In this document: piece after piece, positions 10,899-18,506 of the stretch
Layout of the letters: the number at the start of each line of letters is the position of its first letter
How positions within the stretch are numbered: position 1 is the first letter of the stretch
NCBI GenBank assembly: GCA_964385615.1
Contig: CAYLPP010000014.1
Coordinates: forward strand, 3,836 to 67,835
Source: an uncultured bacterium
Lineage (GTDB): Bacteria > Omnitrophota > Omnitrophia > Omnitrophales > Aquincolibacteriaceae
Direction: 5' to 3'
Length of the DNA: 64,000 nt
Program-made: the position numbers and the translations under genes
The notes under the pieces: model-generated
Told to the model about the DNA's origin: nothing
Database searches by the model: none
The model's input: the letters and a program-made list of their open reading frames with translations, nothing else

Positions 10899-11189
10899 TT
10901 AGACGGCGAGAGGTGGGTGAAAAATTGATCCGGCGGGCGGATCGGGAGCAAAGCTGAGAGCTGTAGGAATAAACAACATGGCAATTAAATTTGTGAAAGC
11001 GTTAACGCTTGGAGTTGACGGAAGCCATTGATGGTGAATCGAACAGCAGAAAAAACAGCACTGGGAATCATCTGCCGAACCCGAAACTGCCTTATCTTCT
11101 TTGTAAGCATGCGCGGGTTCAATTACTACGCAATTAATAAGCCCTGCGAGAGCCACAAATGCCATTAGCCCAATAAAGATACGCTTCAT
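10899..11189 (-). CDS. Small secreted Cys-rich hypothetical protein (possible CzcI-like periplasmic metal-binding accessory)
   Basis: 96 aa with a signal peptide (…AHA|YKE). It contains CCFFCCSIHH. It sits upstream of czcC, where czcI lies in czcNICBA loci. Weak call. Confidence 0.3.
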   Translation of the reverse strand: MKRIFIGLMAFVALAGLINCVVIEPAHAYKEDKAVSGSADDSQCCFFCCSIHHQWLPSTPSVNAFTNLIAMLFIPTALSFAPDPPAGSIFHPPLAV

Positions 11190-11276
11190 GTAAGGAATGT
11201 TACCATCCCTTTAACCCACCGTCAATCACATCAAAATCTTTCTCCCATCTCTTATTTTTAATAATCGGAGTGATTT

Positions 11277-11295
11277 CGGCAGACACTGTCTGCCG
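11277..11295. promoter_or_regulatory. Perfect 9-1-9 palindrome CGGCAGACA-C-TGTCTGCCG, 55 bp upstream of the sigma-like ORF
   Basis: Read directly from the DNA. Candidate operator or recombinase-binding site. Confidence 0.4.
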
Positions 11296-11349
11296 AATCC
11301 TCGCACAAGAAACCTTCAAAAGGGCCGACAAATATCCGTTAAATTTGAT

Positions 11350-11769
11350 ATGTGGAAGACCTACCACAAAATCATGAAGCAATATGGCAAGATTCCACTT
11401 GCCGAGGAACGGCGCTTGATTGCAGAAGCACAAAAGGGCTCAAGGAAATGCGCTGAGGAAATCGTTCTCCGGCATATTGGGTTTGTCGCATTCCGACTTC
11501 GACGGAAGGTTTTTCCGGAATATTTAAAACGGTTCGGCGAAGACTTGCTTCCTGATTCCTTGTCGATTTTGTATCAAAAAGTGGCGACCTATGATCTTAA
11601 ATACCGAGATAAGCACGGCCATGCTAAGCCAGTCAAATTCGCTTCCTATATTTGGAAAAGAATCGACGGGCATATTATTGATTCATTGAAAAAGGAACTC
11701 GCTAAAGACAAAAAGACAAAGCTGGAAGAAGCTCTTTACGCGAGCACCCCTGAGGAGGAATTCATATAA
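11350..11769 (+). CDS. Sigma-70 region-2-only protein (truncated sigma-factor-like)
   Basis: 139 aa. The stretch EDLLPDSLSILYQKVATYDL…KFASYIWKRIDGHIIDSL aligns to sigma-70 region 2.2-2.4 (DLIQEGNIGLMKAVEKFD…FSTYASWWIKQAI). Regions 3 and 4 are absent. Confidence 0.5.
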   Translation: MWKTYHKIMKQYGKIPLAEERRLIAEAQKGSRKCAEEIVLRHIGFVAFRLRRKVFPEYLKRFGEDLLPDSLSILYQKVATYDLKYRDKHGHAKPVKFASYIWKRIDGHIIDSLKKELAKDKKTKLEEALYASTPEEEFI

Positions 11770-11848
11770 GATCTATTTGGGAATAAGGGCTTTCCCATGA
11801 ACAGGGATTGCTCTTCCTTTTTATCCTGAAATTAGCTATTATTTAGTC

Positions 11849-13567
11849 ATGCACTCTGACCCGAAATCAAAGATTATCAACTGCGCCGTTTACACCCGCG
11901 TTTCTGTGGATGAAAGGGCTGAGACTCAGGCTTATTCTACTCTCGACAATCAACGGGACAGTTGCCTTTCCTATATCAAAAGCCAAAAATCTCAAGGCTG
12001 GCGGGTTTTCAAAACGTATGAGGATTCCGGTCAATCTGGAGGATCTCTTAATCGCTCCGCTCTCAAACAGTTAATCCACGATATTAAGAAGGGCCATATT
12101 CAGGTTATCGTGGTTTATAAAATTGATCGGTTAACAAGAAGCCATAAAGATTTCTATTCACTCCTTGAGGTTTTTAATCAAAACGGCGTGACATTTGTTT
12201 CTACGACTCAGCACTTTGACACCACTTCTTCTGCCGGACGACTTCTTCTTCACATCATGCTTGAGTTCGCACAATTTGAACGCGAGATGGCACAGGAGCG
12301 CACCTACGATAAACGTCTCGCGATGGCCCGAAAAGGGATGTACTGCGGGGGGCGGGTTCCGCTTGGCTATGACTCCAAAAAGAAGCAGCTGATCGTTAAT
12401 CCAGAAGAAGCCAAGATTGTGCAGCTTTGTTTCGAACTCTACCCGAAACTTGGGTCGATGGGCGCCGTTAGCAAAAAATTAAACGAGATGGGATACCGTA
12501 CAAAAAAATTTTACATTAAAGGAAGAAAAGGCGGCGGGAGCACCAAGTTCGACAAAAAGAAAGTTTCAAGCATCTTATCCAATCCACTTTATATTGGGAA
12601 AGTGCGCTTCACCGATAATAAGAATGATAAAGAATACCTTTTTGACGGAGAGCATAAACCTATTATTACTGACTCAAAGCTATGGAGCGATGTCCAAAAT
12701 ATCCTTTCCCTTAACCGCGAAACCCGAAAGACTTTTAAACAAAATAAATATCAAATGCTATTTCAAGGCCTTATCCGTTGCGGAGTTTGCAAAAGCCAGA
12801 TGAGCAATTCCTCTAAACAAAAAAACGGAAAGGTTTATCTTTATTACCGTTGCATTGAGGCGATTGCTAAAGGCAAAACTGCTTGCACCATCAGAACGCT
12901 CCCGGCGGATGAATTGGAAAATTTTCTTATTAACGAATTCAAGACCCTCGGAAAGAACCAAAACCTTCTTAGGAAATCAATTGAAAAGGCTAATACAACA
13001 GCCAAGAAAAGCCTTGGGCCGTTACAGAAAGAAAAGGACGGTATTGAAGCCCAGCTTGTCAAAACGAATCAAGGATTAAGACGGCTCGTGGATATCCTCA
13101 AATCCGAGGACATGCCTCAAAAGAGGGTGCAGACACTTTTAAGCGAAATGTCAGATTTGGAAGCCTCAAAAGAGAAGCTGGAAAATGAATCTCACCGTAT
13201 CAACACAAACATGCACCACCTAAGCCAGTACGTCATTGATACAGAAACATTCACCAAACTTTTTTCGGAATTTCAGGAAATCTTTGAAACTTTCTCGTTC
13301 GAAGAGAAGAGAAATCTTATTCTGTTGCTCGTAAAGGAAGTCGTTTATACGCCTAATAAGATTACGGTGAAATTCTGGGGAGACTTACCGGAAATGAACT
13401 TTGATTTGAAGAACCCGCCTGATTGGACCCCGCCACCCGGCGGGAATGATGACGGCCTCTACCCTCCAAAAGGGCCTAAGGGAAAAGGTGTAGAGGCTTC
13501 GGAACCAAGAGAAAAACAGGTTCGCTCCGGAGTGTCAAATGGCTGGGGGACTAGGATTCGAACCTAG
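11849..13567 (+). CDS. Large serine recombinase (resolvase/invertase N-domain, recombinase domain, zinc-ribbon, coiled-coil)
   Basis: 572 aa. The N-terminal catalytic domain carries a catalytic Ser (VYTRVSVDE…) and (Y)KIDRLTRS. The recombinase domain and a Cys cluster (CGVCKS…YYRC…C) follow. The last ~10 codons overlap tRNA-Gln. Confidence 0.9.
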   Translation: MHSDPKSKIINCAVYTRVSVDERAETQAYSTLDNQRDSCLSYIKSQKSQGWRVFKTYEDSGQSGGSLNRSALKQLIHDIKKGHIQVIVVYKIDRLTRSHKDFYSLLEVFNQNGVTFVSTTQHFDTTSSAGRLLLHIMLEFAQFEREMAQERTYDKRLAMARKGMYCGGRVPLGYDSKKKQLIVNPEEAKIVQLCFELYPKLGSMGAVSKKLNEMGYRTKKFYIKGRKGGGSTKFDKKKVSSILSNPLYIGKVRFTDNKNDKEYLFDGEHKPIITDSKLWSDVQNILSLNRETRKTFKQNKYQMLFQGLIRCGVCKSQMSNSSKQKNGKVYLYYRCIEAIAKGKTACTIRTLPADELENFLINEFKTLGKNQNLLRKSIEKANTTAKKSLGPLQKEKDGIEAQLVKTNQGLRRLVDILKSEDMPQKRVQTLLSEMSDLEASKEKLENESHRINTNMHHLSQYVIDTETFTKLFSEFQEIFETFSFEEKRNLILLLVKEVVYTPNKITVKFWGDLPEMNFDLKNPPDWTPPPGGNDDGLYPPKGPKGKGVEASEPREKQVRSGVSNGWGTRIRT

Positions 13568-13613
13568 ACAGACAGATCCAGAATCTGTCGTGCTACCGTT
13601 ACACCATCCCCCA
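13540..13613 (-). tRNA. tRNA-Gln(CUG)
   Basis: A manual fold of the reverse complement gives UGGGGGA as the acceptor stem. The D-arm is GUGUAACGGUAGCAC and the anticodon loop is UUCUGGA, giving anticodon CUG. The T-arm is GGUUCGAAUCC, the 3' end is UCCCCCA-G-CCA, and CCA is encoded. Confidence 0.85.
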
Positions 13614-13718
13614 ACGGAGAAAATAATATCGGCTTCAGAAGAGTTCCGAAGATTTAAAGAAGAGGCGGTATTATAACCACTTCCGGGGCCAGTCTCAAGG
13701 TGTAAATCCCGAAGGAGA

Positions 13719-14483
13719 TCAGGCCTGCTGCCGGCGTTTTTCCCGCACCTGACTCATAAAATAACGGAAAAGACGCGTTTGAAAGGGGTCCTTGGCTTGA
13801 CGCTCGGGATGCCACTGAACCGCTAGAGTATTGGAGGGTCCTTCAACGGCTTCAGGGATACCGTCCTCCGCGACCGCGGTTATCTTCAAAGATTTTCCAG
13901 GAAGTTTCACAGCCTGGTGATGCTCACTATGCACTTCGATCGTTTTTTTTCGGAAAATCTTATGGAGCACGGAACCCGGCTGAATCTCCACTTTATGAAG
14001 CGGCTGAGTTTTAGAGCAGTGGTTGCGGGCACCTTTAACTTCGGATTTAATGTCCTGATGCAGAGTGCCTCCGCGCATGACGTTCAAAAGCTGCATCCCG
14101 TAACAGATCGCCAGCACTGGCTTGCCTCTTTTTTGCGCTTCCCGGATCAGGGTCATTTCAAAATAAGTGCGGCCTCGATAGATAGGCCTGACTTTTTTCT
14201 TCGTTTTTTCCCCATAGAAACTGGGGTGGATATCCGCGCCGCCAGGAATAATTAAACCATCAAGATGGTTCATGTAGGATTTAATATCGCGGGGAAAAGG
14301 ATTAACGGGGATAATCACGGGAACACCGCCGGCTCTCAAAATGGCCCGGATATAGCGGTAATCACAGACCAGCTCAAATTCCGCGTAGAAAGGCTTAAGC
14401 TTGACGACTTCGCTGGTCACACCGATCATGGGTTTCCCCCGCAAAGTTTCTTTGCGGCGGCGTCTTCGGCGTTTTTTTACCAA
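13719..14483 (-). CDS. Class-I glutamine amidotransferase-like, gamma-glutamyl hydrolase (peptidase C26, PuuD-like)
   Basis: 254 aa with the catalytic Cys in AICYGMQLL and a His/Glu region (WHPE). The N-terminal poly-Arg is probably an artefact of start choice, and MIGVTSE is the likelier start. Confidence 0.75.
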   Translation of the reverse strand: MVKKRRRRRRKETLRGKPMIGVTSEVVKLKPFYAEFELVCDYRYIRAILRAGGVPVIIPVNPFPRDIKSYMNHLDGLIIPGGADIHPSFYGEKTKKKVRPIYRGRTYFEMTLIREAQKRGKPVLAICYGMQLLNVMRGGTLHQDIKSEVKGARNHCSKTQPLHKVEIQPGSVLHKIFRKKTIEVHSEHHQAVKLPGKSLKITAVAEDGIPEAVEGPSNTLAVQWHPERQAKDPFQTRLFRYFMSQVREKRRQQA

Positions 14484-15568
14484 CGGGCCTCCTTTCTTCC
14501 CAGCCAGGCACGCTTGATGCTCGGAAGTCTCACGCCCAGCCTTGAAGAAAACTGTTCAAACGAATTTCCGTCCAGAAGTTCCTGAACGGCGGTGTAATAG
14601 CGTCTGGCAAATTGTCTCTGCCAGGTCGGCAGATGTTTCTTACGGCATTTCTCAGAAGCCTTACGTATAACTTCGGCCTGATTCCATCCTTTTTTGAGGT
14701 ATTTAAATACGCTCAAAACCTCATCAGGAACATCCATTTTCCCGAGTTCTTCTTCATACTTTCTGAAAAAAATATCCGTGTAGTCCGAAACGCTCATCCA
14801 GTGATTATTCCAGACCAGCCGGGCTTTGACTCCTTTTTTAATCGCGGACTCCCGGGCTTTAAGATAATTCGCGTGCGTCGAATGGTTTAGGGAACCTTTC
14901 CGCGCAAGGCACCGCAGGGCAACCGCCCGGCAGACCGTCAGCAAAGCCGCGATGAATTCAGGTAAAGCGCTGTCACAAGTGCGGATTTCTAATGTAGGCG
15001 GTTTTTTCTTTCCGCCCCGGTTATAAGTAATCTCACGGTATTTCTGCCGGGTCAGATGCCCCCTTTTCGTCACATGGCAGTAAGTCACGGCCCCCTTCAT
15101 CATCCGGTTGCTGGCCCAAGGCGTAATTTTCTCGCGCCACACCGGAGAATTCGCGGCGATCGCGATCAGGAAAGGAATGTGATCATGAAGATAAGCGGCC
15201 ATTTTTTTGGCCTGCTCGTAAGAAATCCCTTTTTTCCCTGACGCCAGGTGAATATGTGTTCCCGCGAAACGGTCGGTCCAGCCGCCGATCGGGAAAATGA
15301 CAAACCGTTCGTTCTTTTCCTCATGACTGCGGAAATGCGTGTACTTGCGCAGACTGCTTTTAAGAAGAAAGAGAGATTCGCGGATCGTGGCAAAAATACG
15401 GCTGTTATATTCAGAGCCGATGCTGACATCACGGGTAAACCGTTCCCCTTTTTCAACGATAGAGCGTTTGGGAAAGTGGAGTTCACGGCAGATGCGGTAC
15501 TCAGGAAGCGCGATGGAGTAGGTTTCAAGCTCGACACCCATCGTCAGGACAGTTTTCTTACGGCTCAT
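14477..15568 (-). CDS. Hypothetical; possible amidoligase / GCS2-like carboxylate-amine ligase partner of the C26 hydrolase
   Basis: 363 aa. It overlaps the downstream hydrolase gene by 7 nt. The GVELE…SIGSEYNS N-terminus and the overall size resemble the amidoligase family that pairs with gamma-glutamyl hydrolases. Tentative call. Confidence 0.35.
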   Translation of the reverse strand: MSRKKTVLTMGVELETYSIALPEYRICRELHFPKRSIVEKGERFTRDVSIGSEYNSRIFATIRESLFLLKSSLRKYTHFRSHEEKNERFVIFPIGGWTDRFAGTHIHLASGKKGISYEQAKKMAAYLHDHIPFLIAIAANSPVWREKITPWASNRMMKGAVTYCHVTKRGHLTRQKYREITYNRGGKKKPPTLEIRTCDSALPEFIAALLTVCRAVALRCLARKGSLNHSTHANYLKARESAIKKGVKARLVWNNHWMSVSDYTDIFFRKYEEELGKMDVPDEVLSVFKYLKKGWNQAEVIRKASEKCRKKHLPTWQRQFARRYYTAVQELLDGNSFEQFSSRLGVRLPSIKRAWLGRKEARW

Positions 15569-15589
15569 ACAATTTTTAAAAGGTTATGT

Positions 15590-15928
15590 TCAGCCCGGAG
15601 GCCAGGTCATCGGTCTTCCAGCCAGGATATGAAGGTGAATGTGAAAAACCGTCTGCCCGGCTCCGGCTCCATTGTTAAAAACCAGGCGGTAATCTTCCCA
15701 CTGGTTTTTGCGGGCAATTTCCCCGGCCTGCAGAAGCAATTCTCCAAGAATCGCGCGGTCCTCATCCGAAGCTTCTCCGACATTGGCAATATGCTGTTTT
15801 GGGATGACCAGCACATGAAACGGCGCCTGCGGATTGATGTCATGAAACGCGTAAATCTTATCGGTTTCATATTCAGCTCTGGAGCGGATTTCCTTACGGA
15901 TGATTTTGCAGAAAAGACAGTCGTCCAT
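15590..15928 (-). CDS. HIT-family (histidine triad) nucleotide hydrolase
   Basis: 112 aa. Histidine triad HIHLHIL. Confidence 0.85.
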   Translation of the reverse strand: MDDCLFCKIIRKEIRSRAEYETDKIYAFHDINPQAPFHVLVIPKQHIANVGEASDEDRAILGELLLQAGEIARKNQWEDYRLVFNNGAGAGQTVFHIHLHILAGRPMTWPPG

Positions 15929-15929
15929 G

Positions 15930-17234
15930 TTATTTTCCGAACTGGAGAAATTTCTTCAGACGCGCCACGCAAAGATCACGGCCCAGCACGCTCATCAGTT
16001 CAAACAGGCCGGGCGTGACCGTTTTTCCGGAAATAGCAAAGCGAAGCGGATGAATCATATCTTTGGCTTCAATCCCCCAGCCCGCGGCGTTCTCGCGGGT
16101 CATGGTTTCAATGCGGACGGGGTCTTCGAAAAACTTCTCATCTTCATCCGCGGCGCTTTCCATCCACGCTTCCAAATGGCGCTTCAGGGGTTTGTTATCC
16201 AAAAAGGAAGCCGCGGTCGGCGGGTCGTAAGCGATCGGCGCGTCAAAACAATAAGCCGCCTGAATTAAAAGGTCCTTCAAAGTTTTAATACGGCCGCGGT
16301 AAAGAAGCGCCATACGTTTCCACCGTTCCGCCGGCATTTTTTTGATTTCCGCTTTTTCATAAAACGCGGTAACTCTGGCAAGGTACTCGTTCTCCGAAAG
16401 CTTTTTGATCTGCTGAGCGTTGATCCAGTCCAGCTTTTCAGAGTTAAAGCGCGCGTTAGCTTTATTGATCCGCTTCAAGGAAAATTTCTTGCATAATTCT
16501 TCAAGCGAATAAAGTTCCTGATTGCCTTCCGTTCCCCAGCCCAAAAGCGCCAGATAATTCAGCAATCCTTCAGGAATATAACCGTCTTCCCGGAACTGCG
16601 TCAGCGAAACGGCGCCGTGTCTTTTAGAAAGCGGGGTTCCGTCTCCACCCATGATCAAGGGCAGATGAGCGTACTTCGGAGGTTTCCAGCTCATAGCCTC
16701 ATAAAGAAGAATCTGGCGGGGTGTATTGGAAACATGGTCGTCACCGCGGATCACGTGCGTGATTTCCATTTCATGGTCATCAATCACACAAGCCCAATGA
16801 TACGTTGGATAGCCGTCGGATTTAATAATCACCAGGTCGTCAAAAAGCGCGGTATCAAACTGAAGTTCTTCATGCACCAAATCATGAAACACGGCTTTTT
16901 TAGGCGGCATCTTAAACTTTACCGCGGTTTTCCCGTCTTTCTTTTCCTCGTAGGCCAAGCCTTTTTGGATCAGCTCCTGAGCATACGCGCGGTATTTTTC
17001 CAGACGCTCACTCTGACGGATAATGGCTTCATCCCATTTTAGGCCGAGCCATTCCATGGAAGTCAGAATTTCTTTTTCAAATTCAGGCTTGGATCTTTCC
17101 CGGTCCGTGTCTTCAATGCGCAAAAGAAATTTTCCGCCAGAATTCCGGGCATAAAGATAATTAAATAAAGCCGTGCGGACTCCGCCGATGTGCAGGTAGC
17201 CCGTAGGTGAAGGGGCAAAGCGGACGCGTGTCAT
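15930..17234 (-). CDS. gltX: Glutamate--tRNA ligase
   Basis: 434 aa. It has the HIGH motif (PSPTGYLHIGG) and the KMSKS-like LSKR motif. The overall GluRS fold is present. Confidence 0.9.
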   Translation of the reverse strand: MTRVRFAPSPTGYLHIGGVRTALFNYLYARNSGGKFLLRIEDTDRERSKPEFEKEILTSMEWLGLKWDEAIIRQSERLEKYRAYAQELIQKGLAYEEKKDGKTAVKFKMPPKKAVFHDLVHEELQFDTALFDDLVIIKSDGYPTYHWACVIDDHEMEITHVIRGDDHVSNTPRQILLYEAMSWKPPKYAHLPLIMGGDGTPLSKRHGAVSLTQFREDGYIPEGLLNYLALLGWGTEGNQELYSLEELCKKFSLKRINKANARFNSEKLDWINAQQIKKLSENEYLARVTAFYEKAEIKKMPAERWKRMALLYRGRIKTLKDLLIQAAYCFDAPIAYDPPTAASFLDNKPLKRHLEAWMESAADEDEKFFEDPVRIETMTRENAAGWGIEAKDMIHPLRFAISGKTVTPGLFELMSVLGRDLCVARLKKFLQFGK

Positions 17235-17268
17235 GGAAAAACCGGAGAAAAACGGGTTGGGGTTGGAA

Positions 17269-17640
17269 TCAATTCGTTTTTGAGTTCTGGACCTTGTTTA
17301 CAAGTTCGCGGATTTTACCGAGGTCGAGAGGCTTTTTAAAACAGGCCACGGCTCCAAGCGCCAGAATTTCCTTTTCCTTGTTGGCCGGAATGTATCCCGA
17401 CATGATTGCCACAGGGATGTTCTTAATCTGCTTAATTTTTTCAAAAGCTTCACGGCCTTCCATCCTGGGCATCAGCACGTCCAGGAAGATCAGATCATAG
17501 TCCGCGGCTTTAACTTTTTCAATAGCTTCGATGCCGTTGAGGGCCATATCCACTTCATGACCGTCTTCCTGAAGAATATCACTGAATTCCTCACAAATCA
17601 TCTTTTCATCGTCAACTACGAGAATTTTAGCCACAAACAC
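17269..17640 (-). CDS. Stand-alone CheY-like response-regulator receiver
   Basis: 123 aa. Conserved residues are DD (VVDDE), DVLMP and K (…CFKKP). Confidence 0.8.
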   Translation of the reverse strand: MFVAKILVVDDEKMICEEFSDILQEDGHEVDMALNGIEAIEKVKAADYDLIFLDVLMPRMEGREAFEKIKQIKNIPVAIMSGYIPANKEKEILALGAVACFKKPLDLGKIRELVNKVQNSKTN

Positions 17641-17658
17641 TCCGATAGGTTGTCCGTC

Positions 17659-18492
17659 TCAGACCGGAAATTTGAAATTTTCTCTCAAAGTAGCGAAATA
17701 ACCGCGCCGTGAACTTTTTACGAGCTTCAAAGGCGTGCTAGCCTTCATAATTTCAACAGTATAGCTATCGTCGATTTCGAGATTTTCTTGACCGTCAGCG
17801 GTCAGGAGGGCCTTGGCGGAACCCCTGGGATTGTGAATCCGGACAGATATCTTTTCGCTGGCGGAAACCACAATCGGTCTAAGTGAAGATGTATGCGGAC
17901 AGATTGGCGTAATAATCAAAGCTTCCAGATGAGGGTGAACCATCGCGCCTCCCGCTGAAAGTGAATAAGCGGTAGACCCCGTTGGAGAAGCGATAATCAC
18001 ACCATCCCCGGCAAAGCTGGTCAGCTTTTCATCCGAAACATGAATCTCAAGATGCAGAATCCGGCACAAGCCTTCGCGCCCGATCACGATATCGTTAAGC
18101 GCGAGAAACCGTCTTTCCTTCTTCGTCTTTTCACTGCGGGCCGAACTTAACAGCATCAAGCGGTCTTCAATTTCAGAATGCCCCAGAAAAAACGTGCTCA
18201 GTTCTTCAAAAATCTCTTCTTTTTTAACCTCAGTCAGAAATCCAACCCGGCCCATGTTAATTCCCATGACCGGCACGGCCGCGCCTCGCAGGCGGGATGC
18301 CGCGGAAAGAAGGGTTCCGTCACCGCCCATGCAGATAATCAATTCCGCGCCGTGGAGCACGCTTTCAATCGATTCAATCTCACCGGTCTCTGAAACCTGG
18401 CAATCGCGCTTTTGAAGCCAATCACGAAGCTTAGGCAGGAGTTCAGCCGCGGACGGCTTGCTTGAATTATAAATGACGGCAACTTTTTTCAT
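17659..18492 (-). CDS. nadK: NAD kinase
   Basis: 277 aa. It has the GGDGTLL motif and the NAD-kinase C-terminal region. Confidence 0.9.
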   Translation of the reverse strand: MKKVAVIYNSSKPSAAELLPKLRDWLQKRDCQVSETGEIESIESVLHGAELIICMGGDGTLLSAASRLRGAAVPVMGINMGRVGFLTEVKKEEIFEELSTFFLGHSEIEDRLMLLSSARSEKTKKERRFLALNDIVIGREGLCRILHLEIHVSDEKLTSFAGDGVIIASPTGSTAYSLSAGGAMVHPHLEALIITPICPHTSSLRPIVVSASEKISVRIHNPRGSAKALLTADGQENLEIDDSYTVEIMKASTPLKLVKSSRRGYFATLRENFKFPV

Positions 18493-18506
18493 GAAAGGGT
18501 CAGGGC

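Larger units (their letters stand above)
640..13613. mobile_element. Putative integrative genomic island inserted at tRNA-Gln. Its cargo is the czcCBA-czcD-czcRS heavy-metal efflux determinant. The left boundary is not defined within the window
   Basis: A serine recombinase gene abuts and overlaps the tRNA 3' end. A sigma-like gene and a palindrome lie just upstream of the recombinase gene. GC is visibly lower than in the rest of the window. The cargo is a classic mobile metal-resistance module. Confidence 0.45.

Noticed and set aside
10889-10905. 6-4-6 palindrome CGTCTA-GGAT-TAGACG at the czcC upstream region
   Set aside because: It is short and overlaps the stop of the small upstream ORF. 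It could be an operator or simply chance, and it is too weak to report as a feature.
11200-11433. 77-aa minus-strand ORF overlapping the start of the sigma-like gene
   Set aside because: It has no motif and overlaps the 5' end and promoter region of a better-supported gene. It is likely spurious.
14433-14483. Poly-arginine N-terminus (MVKKRRRRRRK) on the C26 hydrolase
   Set aside because: It is probably a start-codon misassignment within the overlap with the upstream gene. MIGVTSE is the likelier start and no unusual function is implied.
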